Below, one piece after another: positions 18,020 through 25,974 of a stretch of DNA of 54,604 nt. The stretch is taken from positions 1-54,604 of IMG/VR virus record IMGVR_UViG_3300042934_001355; one strand, written 5' to 3'. Under the pieces are notes generated by a model. It saw only the letters and a program-made list of their open reading frames with translations, had not been told where the DNA came from and made no database searches. How positions within the stretch are numbered: position 1 is the stretch's first letter; every line of letters starts with the position of its first letter. The position numbers and the translations under genes were made by a program. Source of the DNA: a virus. Lineage: Duplodnaviria > Caudoviricetes.

Positions 18020-18602
18020 GAATGCGGACTGTCGAGAATGGTTTCATCCGGGTTTCTCAAATCAAACGTGGTGCTCACCAGAATGCGGAACCGTGATAGC
18101 ACTGGCAAAGAGAGAGAAGGACCGGCATAAGGCGATACAGGAAGCAGAGCGACGGCGAAAAGATGAAGCTCAGCAGGAAAAGCGCCACACCAAAATCCGC
18201 AAGTTAGCAGTAAAGCCCCTCAGTCACTTCCATAAGCAAACCCAGTCAGCCTTCAACGAATATATCCGCACTCGTGATGCCGCCGATCCGTGCATCAGCT
18301 GCGGACGATTCCACGAAGGAAAATATGACGCCGGGCACTATCGAACTCGCGGCGCTTCACCGGCTACACGCTACGAAGAAACCAACTGCCATAAGCAGTG
18401 CGTACCCTGCAACCAGCACCTCTCCGGCAACATTGAAAACTACACGCCTAACCTGATTAAGAAAATCGGTCAGGCCGCTTTTGATCGCCTGATAGGTCAG
18501 CATGAGCAGAAGAAGTGGACGCGGGAAGAGCTACAGGAGCTGGCTGCGCACTACCGGCAGAAAACCAGAGAGCTGATCAAACAAAGGAGCGAAACACCAT
18601 GA
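17994..18602 (+). CDS. ninG: NinG/Rap HNH endonuclease
   Basis: FNEYIRTRD..PCISCG...DAGHYR...NCHKQCVPCN..LSGN. Confidence 0.9.
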   Translation: MRKVRRRCKNADCREWFHPGFSNQTWCSPECGTVIALAKREKDRHKAIQEAERRRKDEAQQEKRHTKIRKLAVKPLSHFHKQTQSAFNEYIRTRDAADPCISCGRFHEGKYDAGHYRTRGASPATRYEETNCHKQCVPCNQHLSGNIENYTPNLIKKIGQAAFDRLIGQHEQKKWTREELQELAAHYRQKTRELIKQRSETP

Positions 18603-19420
18603 GCCTTGAAGCGACAGTAAAATATCATTTTCCAAAAACAGCGAGCTTTGCGGGTATGCCGCCTGCTACAGCTACAGATGCGCTATCAGGCACTGACTAC
18701 ATGGCTGCCATGGGAATGACTCAGAGCCGGGCACCGCTGGGCTATAGTGCGTTCATGGGTAAGGTTGGAGTGAGCGATAACGACGCCCGACGCGCCGTAT
18801 CGTTATTAACTGAATATGCATTGAGTACCTGCGATAAGGTTGCCGCCTTGCGCAAGCTAGACACCGATATTAAGACAGCGGTTATGCAAACGCTCGCAAC
18901 TTATGCCTACATGGATTATTGCCGCAGCGCCGCCAGCGTCAAACCATGCGAATGCTGCCAGGCGAAAGGATTCATTGAGGCTGACGTCTTCACTACAAAG
19001 TCCAGGTTCGGTACTCAGCGCCCGGATAACGTAACGGAGATAAAGCGGCTGGATGAAGCCCTGCAACAGAATTTGAGCTATCAGGTTAAAGATACTGAGC
19101 GCGTGCTCTGCAAGGCCTGCAACGGGAAGGGCGTCGTGTCATCAGCGTGTCGTGATTGCAACGGCAGAGGACGGGCGGTTGATCGCAAGCTGACTGAAGA
19201 GCAGGGCGTGCCGGTCATAGGGGATTGTAAGCGTTGCTGCGGGCGAGGGTATGAGCGCATCCCGTCCACTGATGTTCATCGCACTATCGAAGGAATTACC
19301 GCTGCGATATCGCTCGATACTTGGAAGAAGTCGGTCAAGCCGTTCTATGATGGGCTGATCGGCAAGATTGAGATGGAGGAATCATGGGCTAATGCCGCCC
19401 TGAATCAGGTTACTCGATAG
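18599..19420 (+). CDS. Q: Late antiterminator Q (zinc-finger type)
   Basis: LSGTDYMAAMGM, DYCRSAAS and several CxxC repeats; precedes pR' and the lysis genes. Confidence 0.88.
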   Translation: MSLEATVKYHFPKTASFAGMPPATATDALSGTDYMAAMGMTQSRAPLGYSAFMGKVGVSDNDARRAVSLLTEYALSTCDKVAALRKLDTDIKTAVMQTLATYAYMDYCRSAASVKPCECCQAKGFIEADVFTTKSRFGTQRPDNVTEIKRLDEALQQNLSYQVKDTERVLCKACNGKGVVSSACRDCNGRGRAVDRKLTEEQGVPVIGDCKRCCGRGYERIPSTDVHRTIEGITAAISLDTWKKSVKPFYDGLIGKIEMEESWANAALNQVTR

Positions 19421-19457
19421 CGCAATTAGAAATAGCTCATTATTTTATCGTGGGCTA

Positions 19458-19486
19458 TTTACTTTTCCCGAAGCTGGGGATATGAT
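19458..19486 (+). promoter_or_regulatory. Late promoter pR'
   Basis: TTTACT-17 nt-TATGAT just after Q. Confidence 0.65.
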
Positions 19487-19567
19487 TCCTAACAGTTGAA
19501 GTTGCGCGCTGTTGTTTAACGCGATAACTTAATCCAGTCAGTTCCATCGATTTGTTATAGTCAAAAC

Positions 19568-19601
19568 GCCCTGTGGTCTCACCAACTGCGAGGGCTTTTT
19601 T
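19568..19601 (+). terminator. tR'-like terminator
   Basis: GCCCT...AGGGC followed by T6. Confidence 0.65.
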
Positions 19602-19811
19602 ATTTCTATCCCCTACAAGGGATAAAATTCACCGCATACCCTATAGCGGATAAGTAACGTTACTAAACTATTTAAATGGTCAGCCTAAGAGCTGGCCTTT
19701 TTTCGTTTTTCGCCCCTGCCAATCAACATCGACTTTCACCTTTTCCTGTGTGGCATCGGGCGATCTTTTCTTCTGACTACCTACAGCACCGCCCGTAATC
19801 ACGGAGGTGAT

Positions 19812-20054
19812 ATGAGTATCGATATGAGCAAACTGGCATCAGGCGCGGCATACGGCGCATCTGCCGGGACAATTGCTAACGGTCTGCTGACCAGGCTGAG
19901 TCCCGATGAATGGAGTGCTGTTGGCGTCCTGGCCGGTATTCTGGTCGCGCTGTTCACGCTCGGAATCAACTGGTATTACAAACGAAAGGCTACGCTGGCA
20001 CAAATCAAAGCCCTTCAGCGCTGGCCCACTGCCCCAGCCATAAACGAGGATTAA
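19812..20054 (+). CDS. S: Class II (phage 21-type) pinholin, possible dual start Met1/Met5
   Basis: SKLASGAAYGASAG...WSAVGVLAGI...INWYYKRK. Confidence 0.85.
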   Translation: MSIDMSKLASGAAYGASAGTIANGLLTRLSPDEWSAVGVLAGILVALFTLGINWYYKRKATLAQIKALQRWPTAPAINED

Positions 20055-20057
20055 CCC

Positions 20058-20567
20058 ATGGCTATGTCAAACAGCCTGCGCAATAAGCTTATTGCTGTCG
20101 CGGGTGGCGGAGCTATGGCTATCGCTACGGTGTTCCTCGGCGGAAAGGATGGGGTAGAGGGCAGGGTGTACGAGCCTTACAAGGATGTGGCAGGCGTCTG
20201 GACTGTCTGCGACGGACACACCGGCACCGACATCATCAAAGGTAGGAAGTATACCGACCGCGAATGTGATCGCCTGATGTGGAATGACCTGAAGCCCGTT
20301 AAAAAGACAGTCGATTCACTGGTTAAAGTCCCGCTCGGTGAATATCCGCGAGCAGCGCTTTACAGCTTCACTTACAACGTAGGCACCAGCGCCTTTTCAA
20401 AATCCACTTTACTGAAGAAGCTCAACGCGGGTGATCATGAGGGTGCGTGTGAGGAATTGCGCCGTTGGGTATATGCCGGTGGTATGAAGTGGCGCGGGTT
20501 GATGAACCGGCGAGACATGGAGCGCTCATTGTGTCTGGCGGAGAGTGTCGATGACCTTAAAGGCTAA
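20058..20567 (+). CDS. R: SAR endolysin (GH24 lysozyme)
   Basis: Gly/Ala-rich N-terminal SAR segment; EG...PYKDVAGVWTVCDGHT catalytic E-D-T. Confidence 0.92.
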   Translation: MAMSNSLRNKLIAVAGGGAMAIATVFLGGKDGVEGRVYEPYKDVAGVWTVCDGHTGTDIIKGRKYTDRECDRLMWNDLKPVKKTVDSLVKVPLGEYPRAALYSFTYNVGTSAFSKSTLLKKLNAGDHEGACEELRRWVYAGGMKWRGLMNRRDMERSLCLAESVDDLKG

Positions 20568-21021
20568 AGCGATCACTGCACTCATCCTGCTGGTTCTGCT
20601 GCTACTAGCCACCTCAGTAGCATTCGCGCTTTATTACCGAGGCAATGCCATTGACTACAAGGCGCAGCGTGACACGGCAAGCAGCAGCCTAAAGCTGGCT
20701 AATGACACCATCACTGATATGCAGACGAGACAGCGTGATGTGGACGCGCTTGATGCGAAATACACCAAGGAGCTGGCAGATGCCAAAGCTAAGCTTGATT
20801 CTCTTCAGCAGTGCGTTAGTTCTGGTAAATGCGGGCTGCGCCTCAACGCAATCTGCCCGAAAGGTAACGCCTCCGGCACCACCGGCGTGGATGATGCAGC
20901 CAGCGCCCGACTTACTGACGCCGCTCAACGGGATTATTTCACCCTCAGAGAGCGAATCGAAGTCGTCACTAAACAACTGACAGGTCTGCAAGCGTATGTG
21001 CGCGAGCAGTGCCTGAAATAA
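20551..21021 (+). CDS. Rz: Rz i-spanin
   Basis: N-terminal TM, DAKYTKELADAK and AAQRDYFTLRERI...LQAYVREQC. Confidence 0.9.
   Translation: MTLKAKAITALILLVLLLLATSVAFALYYRGNAIDYKAQRDTASSSLKLANDTITDMQTRQRDVDALDAKYTKELADAKAKLDSLQQCVSSGKCGLRLNAICPKGNASGTTGVDDAASARLTDAAQRDYFTLRERIEVVTKQLTGLQAYVREQCLK
20780..20980 (+). CDS. Rz1: Rz1 o-spanin lipoprotein embedded in Rz
   Basis: AAGGAG RBS, lipobox VNAGC, Pro-rich PPAPPAWMMQPAPD. Confidence 0.85.
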   Translation: MPKLSLILFSSALVLVNAGCASTQSARKVTPPAPPAWMMQPAPDLLTPLNGIISPSESESKSSLNN

Positions 21022-21045
21022 TCTCCATCTACTAAACGCGATGGG

Positions 21046-21657
21046 CTATTCGTCAATCAATTTGGAATCATCGAAGCGTTCGATCAGTTTTTTAACTGCT
21101 GTATCATCACACTTAGGCGAATGCAATTTAATGGCATCAATAGTTGTGTCAGCAAAATGACCGCATTCCTCACGGAGTTTCTTACACTTTTCAAAGAAAT
21201 TTTCCTTCCCAATTTTTAGGGCTAAATTTCTTGCTTTGTTGTATTTTTTGCTTCCGACAGGCGGGGTTGCCCCGCAAATTATCCGCGCGCAATGCAAAGA
21301 GAACTCTACGGCAACTCCCTCTTCAAGCCAGTTTGACCCTTTGCCGTAAGGCGGTGCTGGTCTCGGATCTAGAAGATGGACGGTCTCGTGAGCTAATTCA
21401 TAAACCGTCGTTGGCCAGTATGTGGATGCATTCATGCTTAACTGAGCCCATCCACCATCTTCACTTTTTGAGTTGATAACATGTGGCTGCTCCCCCTCAT
21501 TTATACTGAAGGTTGGTTTATAGAGCATTTTTTGGGAGCTTCTCGGACCAAAAAGCTCTTGGGCATACTGGTCTAACAGTAACTGGAGTTGCCATAGATC
21601 AGAGGCTGAATCCTTTGGCAAGGCGTGTGGTATTTTGAAGCTATTCAGAATGCTCAT
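21046..21657 (-). CDS. HExxH zinc metallopeptidase-like moron
   Basis: ELAHETVHLL...WLEEGVA (gluzincin-type third ligand). Confidence 0.7.
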   Translation of the reverse strand: MSILNSFKIPHALPKDSASDLWQLQLLLDQYAQELFGPRSSQKMLYKPTFSINEGEQPHVINSKSEDGGWAQLSMNASTYWPTTVYELAHETVHLLDPRPAPPYGKGSNWLEEGVAVEFSLHCARIICGATPPVGSKKYNKARNLALKIGKENFFEKCKKLREECGHFADTTIDAIKLHSPKCDDTAVKKLIERFDDSKLIDE

Positions 21658-21821
21658 CGTGTATCTCCGTTGTGCTTCATTCCGTTTTCTACATAAACGA
21701 CTAGACTTAAGTTGCTTAAATTATTCTGTCGCGAGCGCATCGTCGAGCTAAAAGGAATACTTGTATCTGGAAGAGTTACCAGTGCAATATTATTAACTAA
21801 TGCCTTAAAAAACAGGAGGTT

Positions 21822-22094
21822 TCAAGGCTTCTTTACCCTACAGCTAAGCATATAGATGTGATCAGGGCATTCCTTGTACGTTCGAGTTATTTGATAAAAC
21901 TTCAATGTTTCGCCGGGATAACGGTAGTGGTTGTGCGAATACTTTGCTGCGCTGTTTCTAACCTTCTGAGACAAGCTGGTTAATTTGCCCTCAATAATGT
22001 AATTCATACAGTAAGCACAATCTATGAATGAGCTTGTAGCTGTAGGATTGCAAATTAAAGTAGCCGCTCTCCCACATAGGTAGCATTTAGTCAT
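21822..22094 (-). CDS. Zinc-ribbon moron protein
   Basis: CYLC...CAYCMNY; AAGGAG RBS; AT-rich. Confidence 0.6.
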   Translation of the reverse strand: MTKCYLCGRAATLICNPTATSSFIDCAYCMNYIIEGKLTSLSQKVRNSAAKYSHNHYRYPGETLKFYQITRTYKECPDHIYMLSCRVKKP

Positions 22095-22159
22095 ATTGAT
22101 ATCTCCTTTCTTAGAATAACGGCAAATCTCATTTAATCTTTAATTCATCTAGGAATTTT

Positions 22160-22231
22160 ATGACCAAACCAGACTGGGAGGCCATCGAGTCGGCTTACCG
22201 TTCTTTGATGCCTCATCAAGCTGAGTTATGA
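22160..22231 (+). pseudogene. 5' remnant of a small terminase gene (PDWEAIE type)
   Basis: AGGA RBS + MTKPDWEAIESAYR, then abrupt divergence and stop. Confidence 0.7.
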
Positions 22232-22238
22232 TCTTCGA

Positions 22239-22360
22239 GTCAGGTGCGCGAGATGGCCGAGTGAAAACTCTGACGGGACAAAGCGTGACATGAGCTACAT
22301 CAAACAGTGGTGCACGTGGCCAATACTGCAAGAACGTGGGCTCGAATCCCACCCTGACAA
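22239..22360 (+). ncRNA. Candidate tRNA-like structured RNA
   Basis: GTCAGG/CCTGAC closing stem stacked on T-arm GTGGG-CTCGAAT-CCCAC; GAGT-GAAA-ACTC hairpin; terminator directly downstream. Confidence 0.5.
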
Positions 22361-22362
22361 CT

Positions 22363-22384
22363 AACCTCTTTCGGGAGGTTTTTT
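22363..22384 (+). terminator. Intrinsic terminator after the tRNA-like element
   Basis: AACCTC-TTTCGG-GAGGTT-TTTT. Confidence 0.75.
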
Positions 22385-22396
22385 ATTGGAGCCTGT

Positions 22397-22593
22397 ATGT
22401 CTGACACCTATTGCATCACGAAACCACTAAATCCGGTGAAACGCATGTCGGCCTGATGAACCGGTCACAGCCGGAAATCGTGAACGGATTCATCGGTATC
22501 GCTCAGGAAGTTGGCGCCTGGGTATATCTGGCGCCTGACGATGTGTTGAAGATGGAATATATGCCAGTGGCAATTCCTGAAACAAAAGTTTAG
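22397..22593 (+). pseudogene. Frameshifted small phage gene of the pre-terminase region
   Basis: GGAG RBS + MSDTYCIT in one frame, continuing as ETTKSGETHVGLMNRSQPEIVNGFI in another; a 1-nt deletion near 22420 explains it. Confidence 0.55.
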
Positions 22594-22628
22594 GGATTGA
22601 AAATGGTGATCAGTGGCTGACCGCTTAC

Positions 22629-22871
22629 TTACTGATTGCTCTCGCTTTCGAACTCAGAAATTAATTGCTGAACCTTTTCCCTATAATCTGGCTCGCTAGC
22701 AAGAAACTCCTCTACTGATTGAGTGCTTGTCTCCTCTTCCCATTTGAAGTGACTAACTGGAATTGAACGACCAGTTCGAACCGAGTAACTGCCATCATCA
22801 TGCCGATCTAAGAATATGAAAGTCTCATCATCATGACCTTTAACTTTGTAATAAATTTGTTTTGAACTCAT
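22629..22871 (-). CDS. Hypothetical moron protein
   Basis: 80-aa acidic ORF, antisense to the late operon. Confidence 0.65.
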   Translation of the reverse strand: MSSKQIYYKVKGHDDETFIFLDRHDDGSYSVRTGRSIPVSHFKWEEETSTQSVEEFLASEPDYREKVQQLISEFESESNQ

Positions 22872-22897
22872 CCTTCAATCCTTCTTTGAGATAAACA

Positions 22898-23005
22898 ATG
22901 GCACTCACCGACAAACAAGAGATGTTCTGTCGCGAGTACCTCATCGATTTGAACGCCACGCAAGCGGCCATTCGAGTAGAGTTTGCAATCAAGCATGTAA
23001 GCTAA
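22898..23005 (+). pseudogene. 5' remnant of an SPP1-type (Terminase_2) small terminase gene
   Basis: MALTDKQEMFCREYLIDLNATQAAIR, then divergence and stop. Confidence 0.8.
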
Positions 23006-23107
23006 GAAGTTATAAAAAAGGTTGGCAATGTTAGCTATCTCTGGGGCTCTGATATTTAACATTTACAGAGATTAACAAGGGTGACCTTAATCACCCTTGT
23101 GGCATAA

Positions 23108-23392
23108 TCACCCAAAGTCTGTATTACTGTTATCAAGAGTGATCTTAGTTGTATGACTAATGTCACCAAAAGGTCCCTGAGTGACTCGATGTTCAACATT
23201 AGTTACAGTAGCGTAGTGACCTGATGATGTGCAGATAGACTCAGCCTCGTCACCTCGCATATCTTGAACATTGATTGAATCCCCTCGGCTGATTGCACCA
23301 AATGGAGTATTAGATCTTAAATCAAGTAAAGCTCTATTTTGCTCGCGACTAAAAACGACTAGCCGATATGTATTAGGATTTGAATTGCTCAT
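23108..23392 (-). CDS. Hypothetical moron protein
   Basis: 94 aa with AAGGAG RBS, antisense. Confidence 0.65.
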   Translation of the reverse strand: MSNSNPNTYRLVVFSREQNRALLDLRSNTPFGAISRGDSINVQDMRGDEAESICTSSGHYATVTNVEHRVTQGPFGDISHTTKITLDNSNTDFG

Positions 23393-23528
23393 AAATACTC
23401 CTTAAATTCCTTTTAAAAGAAGGTGGGGTTGTATCAAAATAAGGTGTGGTAATATTGATTTAGTTGTCAATATTTGTCATCTCAAAAATACAGCGGCATT
23501 TTTCTACCAAAATGGCTGGGTCTTTTTT

Positions 23529-23798
23529 TTAAAGCAGGAATAAAGCTGAAAGTACTCCTGGTAAAACACCAAGAGCCGCTGATATCCAGATTTTTTTACG
23601 GCTATTAATTTTGAAGTTAGACATAATTACCTGCAGTGCGCCGAGTGAGCTTAAAAGGCAGGCGATTGCTAGATTTGAGTTTAATGCGAATCTTGTAATG
23701 GCAAAATAAAGGCCGACCGCGTATACAATTACACACAAAGCGATAACTGTTATTCTGCTGCCAGTATAATCAGGTAATAATTCATCCTTGACGCTCAT
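23529..23798 (-). CDS. Small membrane moron protein (3 TM)
   Basis: Three hydrophobic segments; GAGG RBS. Confidence 0.6.
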   Translation of the reverse strand: MSVKDELLPDYTGSRITVIALCVIVYAVGLYFAITRFALNSNLAIACLLSSLGALQVIMSNFKINSRKKIWISAALGVLPGVLSALFLL

Positions 23799-23940
23799 TC
23801 TGAAACCTCTGGTATAGATTAAAGTGAGATAATCTGTGGCCGAGCTTAGGTGCTCTTCCGCAAATCAATGCTGTTTTGTAACCAAGCCTAGGCTCTTAGA
23901 ATAATATTGATCGTTTAGACACAAAACTAAAGGAAAATTT

Positions 23941-24375
23941 ATGGCGACCAAGCAGAAAACTGGACGCCCTTCGGAGTATCTACCAGAGGTGGCTGCTGAC
24001 ATCTGTTCACTGCTTGCCGATGGTGAAAGCCTGCGCAAGGTTTGTGAGCGGCCCGGGATGCCGAATAAGGCAACCGTATTCCGCTGGCTGGTTCAGCATG
24101 ATGAGTTTCGCGACCAATACGCGAAAGCCACTGAGACGCGCGCCGACGCAATCTTCGAAGAGATGTTCGACATTGCCGATGAGGTTGCTGAAGAAGCAGC
24201 TGCGGTTGGCAAAGCACGCCTGCGCATCGATACGCGTAAATGGGCGCTAGCCCGAATGAACCCGAAGAAGTACGGCGACAAAGTCAGCCAGGAAATCGAC
24301 CACAGATCATCTGATGGCACCATGGCGACTAAGCCTACAACTATCCAGTTGCTGCCTGTTGAGCCCAAATCATGA
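23941..24375 (+). CDS. terS: Terminase small subunit (Sf6 gp1-like)
   Basis: GRPSEY...GESLRKVC...ATVFRWL...IDTRKWALARMNPKKYGDK. Confidence 0.9.
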   Translation: MATKQKTGRPSEYLPEVAADICSLLADGESLRKVCERPGMPNKATVFRWLVQHDEFRDQYAKATETRADAIFEEMFDIADEVAEEAAAVGKARLRIDTRKWALARMNPKKYGDKVSQEIDHRSSDGTMATKPTTIQLLPVEPKS

Positions 24376-25625
24376 GTGATGCCGTTCAGCTCCCGATCCC
24401 TGCCAAGCTTGCACCACTGTTCACTGCAGTCGGTAAGCGTTATCGCTGCTCACATGGTGGACGCGGTAGCGCAAAGACGCGCACGTTTGCTCTGATGACG
24501 GCTGTGAAGGCGTACCAGTCAATGATGAATGGAGAGAGCGGCGTAATCCTCTGCGCACGTGAGTTTATGAACTCGCTCGAAGAGTCGAGCATGCAGGAAG
24601 TTAAGCAGGCGATTCTTTCGGTGCCATGGCTGGCTTCAAACTTCGATATTGGCGAGAAATACATTCGCACCATCGACAAAACCGTGACATACGTTTTCGC
24701 CGGTCTGCGTCATAACCTCGACAGTATCAAGTCAAAAGCACGCATTCTGCTGTGCTGGGTTGATGAAGCTGAATCGGTGAGCGAGATCGCCTGGCAGAAG
24801 CTTAGCCCTACCGTACGTGAAGAGGGCTCAGAGATTTGGGTGACATGGAACCCGGAACGCGACGGCAGCGCCACTGATAAGCGCTTTCGCAAAGAGATGG
24901 GTGATGACTGCGTAACTGTCGAGATGAATTACACCGACAACCCGTGGTTTCCTGATGTGCTGGAAGGCGAGCGCCTGAACGATGAGCGCCGACTCGACCC
25001 ATCAACTTATGCGTGGGTATGGGAAGGCGCCTATCTGGAGAACTCAGATAAGCAGGTGCTTGCTGGCAAATATCGTATTGCTGAATTCTCTGATAATTTG
25101 TGGAAAGAGGCCGAGCGCCTTTTCTTCGGTGCTGACTTCGGCTTCGCCAAGGACCCGAACACACTAACCCGATCATTCATTCTGCATAACCGGCTTTACA
25201 TCGAGTATGAGGCCTATGGTCAGCAGACCGAGCTGGATCACATGCCAGCTTTATACGACACCATACCCGGCTCGCGTGAATGGCCTATCAAAGCAGATTC
25301 TGCGCGACCAGAAACGATCAGTTATCTCAGGCGTCAGGGCTTCAAAATCTCAGCTGCTGAAAAGTGGCAGGGTAGCGTTGAGGATGGCATTGCTTACCTT
25401 CGCGGCTTTGACGAAATCATCATCCATCCCCGTTGCAAGAACGTGGCGCGTGAGGCCCGCATGTGGTCTTACAAAACAGATCGCATTACTGGTGAGGTGC
25501 TGCCAAAACTGGCTGACGGATTCGAGCACTGCTGGGACGGGATTCGCTACGGACTTGATGGACACATTAAACGCAAGAGCCAGGTGGCTGGAATGATGAT
25601 CCCTAAGCGTTTGCAAGGAAAATGA
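24372..25625 (+). CDS. terL: Terminase large subunit (PBSX/Sf6-type)
   Basis: GGRGSAKT Walker A, WVDEAE Walker B, GADFGFAKDP nuclease, HCWDGIRY. Confidence 0.95.
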   Translation: MSDAVQLPIPAKLAPLFTAVGKRYRCSHGGRGSAKTRTFALMTAVKAYQSMMNGESGVILCAREFMNSLEESSMQEVKQAILSVPWLASNFDIGEKYIRTIDKTVTYVFAGLRHNLDSIKSKARILLCWVDEAESVSEIAWQKLSPTVREEGSEIWVTWNPERDGSATDKRFRKEMGDDCVTVEMNYTDNPWFPDVLEGERLNDERRLDPSTYAWVWEGAYLENSDKQVLAGKYRIAEFSDNLWKEAERLFFGADFGFAKDPNTLTRSFILHNRLYIEYEAYGQQTELDHMPALYDTIPGSREWPIKADSARPETISYLRRQGFKISAAEKWQGSVEDGIAYLRGFDEIIIHPRCKNVAREARMWSYKTDRITGEVLPKLADGFEHCWDGIRYGLDGHIKRKSQVAGMMIPKRLQGK

Positions 25626-25667
25626 AGTTATAATATACGCCTTTAGAAACCGCGTAGGAATATAACT

Positions 25668-25919
25668 ATGTCTCGTAAATATACCGAAACTAATACCGAA
25701 ATTATTACCATCTTCTGTTCGTCCACTAACGCAAACCTCTTAGCTAAGACAGTAATTACGTTTGAAGATGGACTGGTGGCTGAAGGATTGCAACCCTTTC
25801 AACTTCCCTTGTCATGCGATGAAAAGGTTTATGAAACTGCAGTAGCTGAGGCTATTAAATTAGCCATCAAGGCTGCAAAAAAATACGCAAATGATTTAAG
25901 AAAATACCCCTCCATATAA
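25668..25919 (+). CDS. AT-rich hypothetical moron between terL and portal
   Basis: 83-aa ORF with AGGA RBS. Confidence 0.55.
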   Translation: MSRKYTETNTEIITIFCSSTNANLLAKTVITFEDGLVAEGLQPFQLPLSCDEKVYETAVAEAIKLAIKAAKKYANDLRKYPSI

Positions 25920-25974
25920 GGTTTTCTGCAGGCCCTTATTGGGCCTCTCAATCATTCCCACCAACGGACAAACC

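Noticed and set aside
19678-19703. Hairpin similar to the one at ~43233-43258
   Set aside because: Both are ordinary GC-stem/U-tract terminators; too short to imply a repeat family
21724-21735. TTCTGTCGCGAG 12-mer repeated at 22925-22936
   Set aside because: Similarity does not extend on either side, so I cannot distinguish it from chance
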